From Squalus acanthias (lineage: Eukaryota), in assembly GCA_030390025.1 (NCBI GenBank), contig CM059431.1, forward strand, positions 145,144,001 to 145,208,000: 64,000 nucleotides of DNA. The letters are read 5' to 3'. Of this stretch, positions 50,901 to 61,240 are shown one piece after another (positions within the stretch are counted from its first letter, which is position 1; the number at the start of each line of letters is the position of its first letter). Made by a program: the position numbers and the translations under genes. The notes beneath the pieces are model-generated. The model was given only the letters and a program-made list of their open reading frames with translations. It did no database searches and had not been told where the DNA came from.

Positions 50901-53900
50901 GACACAAATAAACTCCCAGAGATGTCGGGGAACAGAGGGTCTAATGAGAGGGAGGAACTGCATGAAATCAGTATTTGTAGGGAAATGGGGTCAGGGAAAT
51001 TGATGGGATTGAAGGCCGATAAATCCCCAGGGCCTGAAAATCTACATCGTAAGGTACTTAAGGAAGTGGCCCTAGAAATAGTAGATGCATTGCTGATCAT
51101 CTTCCAAAATTCTATAGACTCTGGGACAGTTCCCATTGATTGGATGGAAGCTAATGTAACCCCACTATTAAAAAAAGTTGGTAGAGAGAAAACGGGGGAC
51201 TTTAGACCGGTAAACCTGACATCGGTAGTGGGAAAAATGCTAGAGTCCATTATAAAAGATGTAATAGCAGAGCACTTGGAAAACAGTGACAGGATCGGAC
51301 AAAGTCAAGATGGGTTTACAAGAGGTAAATCATGCTTGACTAATCAACTGGAATTTTTTGAGGATGTAACTGGTAGAATAGATAAGGGAGACCCAATGGA
51401 TGTGGTGTATTTGGACTTTCAGAAGGCTTTCGATAAGGTCCCGGAAAAGAGATTAGCATGCAAAGTTAAAGCACATGGGATTGGGGGTAAGGTACTGATT
51501 TGCACAGAGAACTGGGTGGCAGACAGAAAGCAGTGAGTTGGAATAAACGGGTCTTTTTCCGATTGGCAGTTAGTGTCTAGTGAGGTACCGCAGGGATCCG
51601 TGCTAGGACTCCAGTTATTCACAATATATATAAATGATCTAGACGAGGGAACTAGATGTAATATCTCCAAGTTTGCAGAAGACACAAAGCTGGGTGGGCG
51701 TGTGTACTGTGAGGAGGGTGCAGATAAACTCCTGTATGATTTGGACAGGTTGGGTGATTGGGCAGATGCATGGCAGATGCAGTATAATGTGGATAAATGA
51801 TCGGTTATCCACTTTGGTGGCAGAAACAGGAAGGCAGATTATTATCTGAACGGCAATAGATTGGGTAAAGGGGAAGTGCAAAGAGACATGGGAGTCCTTG
51901 TGCACCAGTCGCTAAAGGTAAACATGCAGGTGCAACAGGCGGTTAAGAAGGCAAATGGTATGTTGTCCTTCATAGCGAGAGGATTCGAGTACAGGAGCAA
52001 GGATGTCTTGCTGCAGTTATACAGGGCCTTGGTGCGACCACACCTTGAGTATTGTGTGCAGTTTGGGTCGGCTTATCTGAGGAAGGATGTTCTTGCCATG
52101 GAGGGAGTGCAGCGAAGATTCACCAGACTGATACCTGAGATGGCAGGAATGACGTATGAAGAGAGATTGGGTGGATTAGGCTTATATTCGCTGGAGTTTA
52201 GAAGAATGAGAGGGGATCTAATTGAAACTTATAAAATTCTAACAGGACTAGACAAACTAGATGCAGGAAGGCTGTTCCCGTTGTCGGGGGAGTCCAGCGC
52301 CAGGGGTCACAGTCTAAGGATAAGGGGTAAGCCATTTAGGACTGAGATGAGGAGGAATTTCTTCACCCAGAGAGTGCTGAACCTATGGAATTCTTTATCA
52401 CAGAAAGCAGTAGAGGCCAATTCATTAAATAGATTCAAGAAGGAGTTAGATATATATCTTAAGGCTAAGGGGATCATGGGATATGGGGAGAAAGCAGGGA
52501 CAGGGTACTGAATTTGGATGATCAGCCATGATCGCATTGAATGGCGGAGCAGGCTCGAGGGGCCGAATGGCCTACTCCTGCTCTTATCTTCTATATGTTT
52601 CTGTATTAACGGTAATGTGTAGTGAGCGGGAGTTTGGGATAAGACTGGTTGGAATATTAACGGTAATGGTTAATGAGCAGGAGGTTGGGATTTGACTTGG
52701 TGGGATATTAACGGTAATGGGTAATGAGCAGGAGTTTGGGATTAGACTAGGTGGGATATTAAAGGTAATGGGTAGTGAGCAGGAGATTAGGATAGATTAA
52801 GTCGGATATTAACGGTAATACGTAGTGAACAGGGGTTTGGGATTAGACTAGGTGGGATATTAACGGTAATGAGTAGTGAGCAGGAGGTTGCGATTAGACT
52901 AGATGAGATAATAACGGTAATGGGCAGTGAGCAGGAGGTTGGGATCAGATTAGGTGGGATATTAACGGTAATGGGCAGCGAGCAGAAGATTCGGATTAGA
53001 CTAGTTGTGATATTAAAGGTAATGGTTAGTGAGCAGGTGTTTGGGATTATGTTAGGTGGGATAGTAACGATAACGGGTCGTGAGTAGTAGTTTGGGATTA
53101 GATTGTTTGGAAATTAACAGTAATGTGTACTGAGCAGGAGGTTGGGATGAGAGTATGTTTCCTAGATTAACAACTTGGCAAGTTGGTAGCAGGTCGACCG
53201 TCCATTATACACCCTGCCCGATTATCATTTCCATTTAGTTCTATTCCATTAACGGTAACTGACAGAATAGTTCAGGCTGCTTGCTGTAATTTCCTGAAGT
53301 GATGTCCCGGGGAATGACGTTCCACGACAGGTTCTACCGCCCGTATTGAGTCTCTGCCGAAGTTGGAATTGACTCCCGGTGATGTAGGGGGAGGAAAAAC
53401 CCGCACAGCGTCGGGTTTTCAATCCTCATTTTTTGGGGGTTAGTTGTACTGTTTGTGCCTCATACACTTTAACCATTTTACCATTTTGTTTTTGTTCTTG
53501 AAATGCCTCTCATTTACTTCGCAGATGATTTTTGTCATCTCTCGGTTCCTTAATTTACGTTAAGTAAATTCCAGATCAGTAAACTCATGACCTTCCCTGT
53601 AATCCCTGTCTGCTGTCTCTGGTCTCTTCTTTTCCCAGTACCACTGAAACTATTCCCTTTGTTTTCAGTCCACACAAGAGTTATACCCGAACCGTTCCCC
53701 TGTCCTTTGTACAGATACTGTCGGATCCGCTGGGAATTTTCACCTCTTCGTATCATTGTTTCAGATTCACAATATTTTCAGTTTTATCTATTTCGTTCTA
53801 ATTTGACGTGTTTCTCTTCGGTAACATTCTGTGATTCTAAGATCTGATATCCTGTCAGTTCTGTGATGTTTAAATAATCCAAACTCATTCAGTGTCCCTC

Positions 53901-56900
53901 CCACTCACCCGATGTTCTTGTCCACTGAAATGCTTCTCGTCTGTTAACAACGAGTTCAGTCCGTCCACCCCTCCTTCAACCGCCTGTTCCAGTCTGTCCC
54001 AGTAGAATTTCGTGAACTGGAACAGCTGGTAATCGTCGCACATTGTCAAGAAGTCAGTGATTGTAGAGTTCGGATCTGTGAACACAAATTAAGAAAACTA
54101 AGCACATTATCGACTTTCTACCTGGGTGCAACATTTTAACTTATACCAAACGGCTGAAGCTTCCTGTGATCCACATTATCAATCACCTTCTGATAATCCA
54201 CATGTATAGCGCATGTACAACATTCCTTCAACCTATATAGTCACGTCTCAACAAAACTGCATCTTAATGTGTTGGTAGATTGGGCACATGACTGGCAAAT
54301 GATGTTTAGCTTAGCTAATTGCCGTGTTGTGCCTGTGGGCAGGGCGAATGCTTAGCATTCATACACCCTTAAAGGAGAAGCATTAAATAAGGGGGAGAAA
54401 GGACGATCCGGGCATTATAGTGCATACATCTCTAAAGGTACAGGAGCAATGCCGTGAAGCGATAGCAGGTAGAAAGAGGGGGTTGGGCTGCATTCTAAGG
54501 CCATTTGGGTATAAGACGAACTATTTTGTCCTCGTACAAGACCTTGGTAAAGGCGTCACTTGGAATACTGTGTCCAATTTTAGTCTCCTCACATGGTGGG
54601 TGATATTGAGGCTTTGAAACTGTTGCAGAGGAGGTACATTAGACTAATTCCCTATATAAAGCAATTTAGTTATCAAGATAGGCTAAGAGTTTGGAATCTA
54701 CACTTCAGAGAAGCAAAGACTTAGAGGTGATCTGATTGAGGTTTATAAGATGATGAAGGGAATAGATTGTGTTCCAGTTGACAGTTTGTTCCAATTTCAT
54801 AGATTAGGGAGGGCCAGGGGTCACAATTTTAAGTTGTGCAAGCCAAGATTTAAGATAGAAGTCAGGAGGTGGTTAGTTTCCAGAGAATAGTCGACATCTG
54901 GAACAGGATACCTTCTTTTGTGGTGGACGCTGACTCGCTGAATTCCTTCAGGCGAGAGCTGGACCTGTTCCTGTTTGGTGCGGACATCACCTCTTACAAC
55001 AGGAAGATACTTCCGGGAATACAGTGCAAGAGTGATTTGCTGGACTAGTTTCAATCGCCTAGATGGGTCAGAGAAGAATTTCCTGTATTTTAATCCCCCA
55101 AATTGGCCTGTGTTTTTATCTATTTTTCTCCCTCCTCACCCAGGAGGTCACATGGTTTTGTTTGGGATAGCTACAACAAAGTATGACACAGTATCGCAAT
55201 TGCCTTGGAAAGTCTGGATGGACCAAAGGGTATTTACGTCTCCGTCATTGTTGGTAAAATTGTCATATACGACTTTTCTACAGCTAATCCGTTCCAGCCT
55301 CCCATCATCATCCTCTTTATCGCTAAATGCTCACTAAGTCGAACTGGATTAACAGATTTGAAGAGATTCTACACAATGGTCTCTGGTTAGCAGATTGATC
55401 CTCTCTCCACATTAGAACAGAAACATCACTTGGGCTCCTTCAGTCCAACTGCATATTTTTGATATCAAACATGCGTTAAAATGTTGTGGTCAGTCCCTCC
55501 TATCTCCTCTCTGACTTCCTTTAACATTCTGGGGTGCATTATTTCTGAGTCCAGTGACTTCCCCACCTCAGCTATTTTACTCAGATCCAAATCTTTCTCT
55601 GCAGTGATCTCTAACTATGGACCCACATCCTCCTCTAGTACATCAAAACTTAATTGCACCATCATTTTTAGAAAGTTAAGGAAATATTTTGTATCTTCCC
55701 CAAATTGCATCCTTCACAAATAGTTTCCCCAGCTACCCCTCTATCTCACTTCCACTGCTTGCTGGCCTGCAAAACTCACTGAGAATTGAGCTATTTCCCT
55801 TCGTATTGCTGAACTGCGTACACATGGATTCTATCTTAGCATAGCTCCCTGGAACACCCTTACGTTCTGAACCTCTCCGCCTCTCTCTCTCTCTCGCTCT
55901 CCTCCTTTCAGACGTTCCTTAAACCTCACCTCTTTGAGCAAGCTTTTGCTCACCTGTTCTAATATGTCATTATGTGACTCGGCGTCAAAGTTTGATTGAT
56001 AACACTCCTGTGAAGCACCTTGTGAAGTTTTTCAGAATTAAAGGCGCTATATAAACGCCAGTTTATTCTTGCGTTGTCAAAGAACGCTTTATTAATACTG
56101 GAGCCCACAATTTCTTTGCTCTTCCCTCAAAATGTTATCACCAGAAATATCTCCCTCTGACTCCTGTGAAAACCCATGGCCCTGTCTTATAGATACTAGA
56201 TCACATCTCTCATGCTTCTGAATGTTTGGAATGATTTGTACGCTCACATACCCAACACTGAATACTAGCTCCGACGTTTGGAATGTTGACTTGTCCCCGT
56301 TTCTTCTTTTTAAAAACACAACTTTATCTCTCACTACTTCAAATCCTTTGTCTTGCAAATAACTTTTCAGTATTTCTTAAATCTTCTGTTTCAACTCCTG
56401 CATTTTTATTAATTACGCTCTGTCGTCTCAGATCCGGATATTTTCCACTCTCCAGTCACATCCCCTGATACCCTCCCACTACTCCATTCCCCTTTTCTGT
56501 AAAACCATTATTGTTGTTCGGTACAGATGGCGGCCGTCCCTTCTCTTCCATCGGAACTCACTCTAGCGCCCCAAGAACGTGAACACTTCCCTCCTGCTCC
56601 AGCCCTGCAGCCGCACATTGACCAGCCTCATATTTCCCGCCTTAAGAAGCCCAGTGCAAAACAATCCGGAACTCAACAGCTTGAGGCCTGGTTTCTTAGG
56701 TTAGTGCCTAAGTCTTAATAGACCCTCCATAAACGTATTTCTATCCATGTTACTGGTTCCGAACATGACTATTTTCTGCTCTCCTTTGCTTCCCAGAGGT
56801 GGTTCCACCTGTTCAAAGATGTTATTCCCATTGGCACCAGGGAGGCAACTAACCATTCGGGACTTGCTCAGGGCTGCAGAAGAGGTTGTTTATTCCCCCG

Positions 56901-57323
56901 ACTATACAATCTGCCACCAGTATCGCTCCCCTATTACTGTGCCCCACCTGCCTCTCACTCTCGCCCCGCTGGGTGACCTCCTGCTCCCTGGAGTCAAACT
57001 GTTCAGGAAGACCCTCCTCTTAGTCACTGTCTCTATCCACCTTACACTCTCCAATACCAGATAACTATTGGACAGTTCCAGTACTCAGGGACTGCCTCCA
57101 CCTGTGACTGTGGTGTCCCTCTAGATGGTCACTCACTTCCCTCTTTGTAATCAGTCCCTGCCCTGTTCCCTCTTCCTGTGTGAGCTGCAGGATCTTGCAC
57201 TAGTTATGGACCATTTTGTCAGGACAGAAATTGTATTTTGAAGTATTTTGTGAACTCACCTGTGTCCATTCTCATTCTTTTTGAAGATTTTGAATCTTCT
57301 CCCCTGATTGGACCTTCAGCCAT
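23855..57323 (-). CDS. NLR gene: CARD-like + NACHT + ribonuclease-inhibitor-type LRR protein (shark NLRP3/NLRC3-like family), 11 coding exons, 1020 aa
   Basis: join(57260-57323,53909-54075,42689-42860,42525-42590,37599-39336,25348-25434,25036-25206,24722-24892,24411-24581,24113-24280,23855-23942) = 3063 nt; all introns GT-AG, phases compatible, no internal stop found. Confidence 0.9.
24113..24280 (-). CDS. NLR LRR exon 10 (168 bp)
   Basis: LDDVGLTDSCAEDLASALSTIRTLTVLTLRSNSFTDRSVPALRRLILTCRNLELIW; ag/gtgagt. Confidence 0.9.
24411..24581 (-). CDS. NLR LRR exon 9 (171 bp)
   Basis: LGAVGLTDSCAEDLASALSRNRLLTDLDLSNNKLGDSGVKRLSAAMTNPDCKMQKLW; ag/gtaagt. Confidence 0.9.
24722..24892 (-). CDS. NLR LRR exon 8 (171 bp)
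   Basis: LYNNGLSDSCAEYLASALSTNRSLTFLNLSNNKLGDSGVKLLSAALRNPNCKLQTLQ; ag/gtaagt. Confidence 0.9.
25036..25206 (-). CDS. NLR LRR exon 7 (171 bp)
   Basis: LCDVGLTDSCAEDLASTLSTNRSLTVLNLSNNKLGDSGVKLLSAALRNPDCKIQTLQ; ag/gtaagt. Confidence 0.9.
25348..25434 (-). CDS. NLR LRR exon 6 (87 bp)
   Basis: LSGNELGDSGVKLLSAALRKTECKIQKLE; gtgtttag/gtaagt, phase 2-2. Confidence 0.88.
29305..30640 (-). mobile_element. Two nested CR1 3' fragments (29305-29553 and 29554-30640)
   Basis: Each begins with the reverse-complement CR1 tail (aacataagaacagaagaaataggagcag / gaacatacgaattaggagcagg). Confidence 0.85.
30645..32838 (+). mobile_element. Young 5'-truncated CR1 LINE
   Basis: Uninterrupted RT ORF plus (TGTTCTA)n tail at ~32810-32838. 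Confidence 0.95.
30994..32748 (+). CDS. CR1 ORF2 reverse transcriptase region (584-aa open frame, TE-derived)
   Basis: KSPGPDG, NYRPVSLT, SQHGF, DFSKAFDKVPH, GVPQGSVLGP, FADD, RPHLEYC. Confidence 0.9.
   Translation: MAGRIKKNPKAFYSYVRNKRMTRVRVGPVKDSSGNFCMESEEIGEVMNEYFSSVFTEERGHVLEDESVIKVDRLEVVDVLREDVLAILKNLRVDKSPGPDGIYPRILWEAREEIAEPLALIFGSSLSTGMVPEDWRVANVVPLFKKGNRNDPGNYRPVSLTSVVGKIMEKVLRDRIYDHLERSNLIRDSQHGFVKDKSCLTNLIEFFQEVTNCVDEGRAVDVVYMDFSKAFDKVPHGRLMKKVRSCGIEGNLADWISNWLSHRRQRVVVDEAFSDWRPVTSGVPQGSVLGPLLFVIFINDLEEGTEGWISKFADDTKIGGAVDEVEGCYRLQRDIDRMQSWAEKWQMEFNPDKCEVIHFGRANLNKNYRVNGRVLRNVEEQRDLGVHIHRSLKVATQVDRAVKKAYGVLAFINRGFEFKNREVMLQLYRTLVRPHLEYCVQFWSPHYRKDVEALERVQRRFTRMLPGLGGRSYEERLRELGLFSLERRRMRGNLIEVYKMMGIDRVDVQRLFPRVEAAVTRGHNYKVHGGRYRRDVRGRFFTQRVFGVWNGLPAVIVESDTLGTFKRLLDKHMEHTRVIGSVIA
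35395..36697 (-). mobile_element. Penelope-like retroelement 3' part (RT C-terminus, GIY-YIG endonuclease, terminal repeat)
   Basis: YKPSDSHSYL..SSH..CKD..PFSQFL; LVYFIRCSRCGLLYIGETKR at ~36040-36100; terminal repeat 35395-35500. Confidence 0.88.
35461..35500 (-). ncRNA. Minimal hammerhead-ribozyme-like motif in the Penelope terminus (degenerate)
   Basis: CCAGTT-CTGAAGA-AGTGTACTCGACCT-GAAAC-ATT-AACTG: CUGANGA and GAAA cores with CAGTT/AACTG stem I. Confidence 0.6.
37599..39336 (-). CDS. NLR NACHT exon 5 (1738 bp)
   Basis: Walker A GVPGIGKT, Walker B LLFIFDGLDE, LVTSRP, FPHLTIQEF, HYLFESQN; acceptor at 39338/7, donor GTAA at 37598. Confidence 0.97.
40960..42270. repeat. Minisatellite, 39-bp unit (GTTTCACAGTGTATCAGGATCCTGCCAGGTGTGTATGGG), ~33 copies, in NLR intron 4
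   Basis: Direct tandem periodicity; 13-aa repeats in the ORF track. Confidence 0.95.
42525..42590 (-). CDS. NLR linker exon 4 (66 bp)
   Basis: GSHPFDYMNIARGLSEVPSHLK; caacag/gtaagt, phase 1-1. Confidence 0.82.
42689..42860 (-). CDS. NLR exon 3 (172 bp), second half of the CARD-like domain
   Basis: KVTELVEKGNRADSSKLLLNLVMEKGAGARRVMWESFLKMRHGVPKLDKILKEIKEL; phase 0-1. Confidence 0.85.
43022..43732 (-). mobile_element. PIF/Harbinger-type MITE, same family as 17771-18533
   Basis: TIRs GGCACAAAAATT...AATTTTTGGGCC, ATT TSD on both sides; internal aagggggcgggtcctaggtgaaccgcgtgcgcgc closely matches the reverse complement of 18377-18410. Confidence 0.85.
44355..47850 (+). mobile_element. Decayed L2/CR1-like LINE with tRNA-like 5' head (44355-45004 + 46464-47850), split by a CR1 insertion
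   Basis: Head tagtgtgttg..tactggacgagtaatccag..ggttcaaat; EN start near 44690; LDIKAVFD, GMFSDDCS in the distal part. Confidence 0.65.
45030..46463 (+). mobile_element. 5'-truncated CR1 LINE (RT 3' half, few stops)
   Basis: ORFs 45078-45647, 45604-45963, 45991-46362; (TCTATGAT)n tail. Confidence 0.95.
48040..48430 (+). mobile_element. CR1 3' end fragment
   Basis: TETFQILTGLDRVDAGRMF..RTRGHSLR; gaatggcggagcagg tail. Confidence 0.85.
49470..49758. repeat. Minisatellite, 51-bp unit (left part)
   Basis: GGGATATTAACGGTAATGGGTAGTGAGCAGGAGGTTGGGATTAGACTAGGT repeats. Confidence 0.9.
49755..52601 (+). mobile_element. CR1 LINE ORF2 (EN+RT) nearly complete, 5'-truncated, inserted in the 51-bp minisatellite
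   Basis: EN ESVWVELRN, MGDIN, SNHN; RT ORFs 50772-51536 and 51861-52511; 3' tail at ~52560-52600. Confidence 0.95.
52602..53155. repeat. Minisatellite, 51-bp unit (right part)
   Basis: Same unit as 49470-49758 resumes after the CR1 tail. Confidence 0.92.
53909..54075 (-). CDS. NLR exon 2 (167 bp), first half of the CARD-like domain
   Basis: DPNSTITDFLTMCDDYQLFQFTKFYWDRLEQAVEGGVDGLNSLLTDEKHFSGQEHR; ttcacag/gtgagt, phase 1-0. Confidence 0.87.
54265..55235 (+). mobile_element. Old CR1 3' fragment
   Basis: Decayed RPHLEYCVQF, LRGDLIEVYK and TRGH-like segments. Confidence 0.75.
55860..56070 (+). mobile_element. L2-type 3' end fragment
   Basis: ctccttt..ccttaaacc..ctctttga..aagcttttg...aaaggcgctatataaacg tail. 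Confidence 0.6.
56500..57225 (-). mobile_element. Decayed CR1 ORF1 (esterase) fragment
   Basis: Reverse complement resembles VIGDSIVRGID..CLPGA..VMFGTSN, as in ORF1 at 27090-27270. Confidence 0.55.
57260..57323 (-). CDS. NLR first coding exon (MAEGPIRGEDSKSSKRMRMDT)
   Basis: ATG in good context (GGCATGG), donor AG|GTGAGT, phase 1 matches exon 2; acceptor ttacag at ~57356 implies a further upstream UTR exon. Confidence 0.78.
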
Positions 57324-57719
57324 GCCGGTGACAGGCGTTCCCAGGCTCTGCTGCTCTGTAACAAATACAATATTAACAGGAGGGTTCGATGGAAATATTA
57401 AAATGAGAAGGAGAACGCTGCCTTGTTAAACATGATATCAAATCCCTCCTCCACAATCAGTACAACAGCTGTTAGCTCTGGGATCTCAGAAAACACCATG
57501 AATATACAAGTGGTAGATTTGACTGCTGTTTTACAATCACTATTCTCCATTTGTGTGTGTTCCCGCGCACGTGCGTCCATTGAAAAAATCAATCAGCGTC
57601 CTTTCCTTTTCCCACTGTGGAAATGTAAAAGCGATTCAGTTAATTTATAACCAGTTTGAGACTTTGTAAAATTGAGTACTTTGCTGCTTCACTAACGCTC
57701 CCACTAGCGTAATAAACAC

Positions 57720-60700
57720 ACAGCAGCAACAACAGAGGGGCAAGGAGAATGTATGAGACGTTATTATGGGTAACATAATAGGGAACACTAACGCCTTTTA
57801 TAAACATATAAATCGTGAAAGAATAGTCCAAGGAAAGGTGGGGCCGATAAACGAACAAAAATCAATCATCTTGTGGAAGCAGAGGACATGGCTGAGGTAC
57901 TAAATTAACACTTTGCATCCGTGTTCACGAAAGGAAAGGATGCTGCCAATTGTACACTAAAGGAAGAGGTGGCCAAGAAATTGGAGAGGATATAAATAGA
58001 TTAGGACGACGTATTAAACGGTTGGCAGGACTCAAAGTAAACAAGTAGCCCACTCTGGAACAACCTTCCAATCCTTGGATATGGGAAAGGTGCCAGAGGA
58101 CTGGAGGGTTGCAAATGTTACTTCCCTGATCAAAAAAGTGGAGAGTGATGAGCCAAATAACTACAAGCGAGTCAGCTTTACATTGATGATGACGAAACTT
58201 CTAGGGAGAAAAATCAAAATCAAAATTCATTGTCACTTGGAAGAACATGAGTTAATACAAAGGAAGATGGTTGTGGCGGTTGAAGGGAAATCATCACAGC
58301 CCTAGGACATCGCTGCAGGAGTTCCTCAGGTCAGTGTCCTAGGCCCAACCATCTTCAGCTGCTTCAACAATGACCTTCACTTCAACATAAGGTCAGAAAT
58401 GGGGATGTTTGCTGATGACTGCACAGTGTTCAGTGCCATTCACAACTCCTCAGATAATGAAGCAGTCCATGTCCGCATACAACAAACCTGGACGACGTTA
58501 AGGCTTGGGCTGATACGTGGCAGATAAAATTCGCGCAACAGAAGTGCCAGGCAATGACTATCGCTAACAAGCGAGAGTCTAACCACCGCCAAATCACATT
58601 CATTCAACATCCTGGGGCTCACCATTGAACAGAAACGTAACTGGACCAGCCACATAAATACTGTGGCAACAAGAGCAGGTCAGAGTCTGGGTATTCTGCG
58701 TCGAGTGTCTCACCTCCTGACTCCCCAAAGCCATTCCACAAGGCAAAAGGAAGCAGTGTGATGGAATACCCGCCATTTGCCTCGAAGAGTGAAGCTCCAA
58801 CAACACTCAAGAAGCTCGACAACATCCAGGACAAAGCAGTCTGCTTGATTGGCACCCCATCTATCAGCTTAAACCTTCACTCCCCCCATCAGCGGCGTAC
58901 CGCGGCTGTAGTGTGCACCATCTACAAGATGCACTGCAGCAACTCGCCAAGGCTTCTTCGGCAGTGCCTCCCAAACTCGCGACATCTTCCACCTAGAAGG
59001 ACAAGGTCAGCAGGCGCATGGGAACATCACCACCTACACGTTCCCCTCCAAGTACCTCATCATCCTGACTTAGAAGTACATCGCCGATTCTTCATCGTCG
59101 TTGGGTCAAAATTCTGGAACAGCACTGTGGGAATACCTTCACCACACGGACTGCAGCGGTTCAAGAAGGCGGCTTACCACGATGTGTTCAAGGGCAATTA
59201 GGGTTGGGCAATAAATGATGGCCTTGCAAGCGGCGTGCACATCCAATAATCGAATAATGAAATAGCGACAGCCAAAATGGATTTTTTTTAAAGGCAAATC
59301 AAATCTGGCTGAATTGTTTGGGTAAATCGATGAAATATGACAGGTTTGATCAAGGTATTGCGGTTGATGTTCGATATGTGGACTTTCAGAAGGCGTTTGA
59401 TAAAGTACCTCATAATAGTCTGGTTACCAAAATTGGATGCAATGATATTAAAGGAGCAGTGGCAGCGTGGATACTAAATTGGGAAAAGGATAGAAAACAG
59501 ACAGTAGTTGTGACCCGATATTTTTCACACTGGAGGGAAGTATACAGTGGTGACGCCAGGGCTCGGTAGTAGGACCACTGCTATTTTTGATATATATCAG
59601 TGACCTGGACTTGGGTATACAGAGCATATTTTAAAAGTTTGTAGGTGACACGAATCTCGGAAAAATCTTTAACCGTGAGGAGGATAGCGGAAGACTTCAG
59701 GAGGAAATAGACACTCTGGTGAAATAGACAAACACATGGCAGGTGAAACCTAATGCAGACAATTGTGATTTGATGCATTTTGGAAGGAAGAATGAGGCGA
59801 TGCAATATAAACTAAATGGTACAATTTAAAGGGGTTGCAGGAACACAAAAACTTGGAGTGTACATACAAAAATCTTTGAAAGTGACAGGACAGGAAGTTA
59901 AGGCTTTTAAAAAAGAATAGGAGCCATAGGCTTTATAAATAGTGGCATAGGAATATAGGAACATAGGAACACGAGTAGGCCACTCATTCGCTCGAGCTTG
60001 TTGCTCCATTCAATTCGATCATGGCTGACCTTTATCTAACTCCATCTACCCGCCTTGGTTCCGTAACCCTAATACAATTGCCTAACACAAATCTATCAAT
60101 CACAGTTTTGCAATTGTCAATTGACCGAACCTCAACATATTTTTGAGGGCCAGTGTTCTGGATTTCTACTACCCTTTGTCTGTAGAAGTGTATTCACCCC
60201 TGAACAGCCGAGCTCTGCGTTTAATGTTATGCCCCCTTTATCTGGAATCGTCCACCAAAGCAAATAGTTTATCTCTTTCTATCCCAGTAATTATTTGATA
60301 ATCTTAAACACCTCAAATAGGTCACCCCTTAATTTGTATAATCAAGGGAATACAAGCTTCGTCTGTGCAATACAGCCTCATAATTTAAAGCTTTTGGCCC
60401 CGGTATCATTCTGGTGAATCTGAGCTGCACCACCTCCGAAGCTAAGATATTGTTCCCGAGGTGCGGTGCCCAGAACTAAACATAGTTCTCTAAATGGGTC
60501 TAACCAGAGCTCTGTACAGCTGGAACAGAACTTCTACCCCTTTGTGTTCCAGCCCTCGAGATAATGGACAACATTCCATTGGACTTGTATTTATTTTTGG
60601 TACCTGTCATCCAGCTTCTAGTGATTTCTGTACTTGGTCCCCTAGTTCTCTCTGCCCATCCACAGTTCCTAACTTCTAACCATTTAGAAAATTCTCTGAT

Positions 60701-61240
60701 CTATCCTTTTTAGGTCCAACGTGAATGACCTCACACTTTCACACACTGATCTCCATCTGCCACAGTTGTGCCCAGAGAGTGCAACGCAAGGAATTTATGC
60801 TGAACTTTTACCAAACACTGGTTAGGCCTCAGCTGGAGTATTGTGTCCAATTCTGGGCACCACACTTTAGGAATGACGGTCAGAGCCTTGCAGAGGGAGC
60901 AGAGGAGATTTACTAGACTGGTAACAGAAATAATGGACTTTAGTTACATGAAGAGACTAAGAAGATGGAATTCTTCTCCTTAAATCAGAGAAGGTTAAGA
61001 CGAAATTTAATAAAGGCGTTCAAAATAATGATGTTTCTGGAATGCAATGCCTGAAAGAGTGGTAGAAGCAAATCCAATAATAACATTTATAAGTGAATTG
61101 GATAAATAATTAAAAGGGAGGACATTGTAGGGCTCAGGGAAGAGAGCAGGGGAGTGGGATTAATTGGATTACTCTTTTAAAGTTCTGGGACAGGCTTGTT
61201 GGACCTTTTGTCCTGAATGATTCTACGCTTCTATGACATA
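57720..61240 (+). mobile_element. Old CR1 ORF2 broken by nested insertions (L2/CR1-like 58260-59255 on +, CR1 59950-60775 on -)
   Basis: VPEDWRVANVT (58075-), DFQKAFDKVPH (59318-), RPQLEYCVQFW (60820-) in order, with intervening tailed fragments. Confidence 0.8.

Noticed and set aside
49568..53087. 17-aa repeat ORFs (LTVMGSEQEVGIRLGGI)
   Set aside because: Translation of the 51-bp minisatellite
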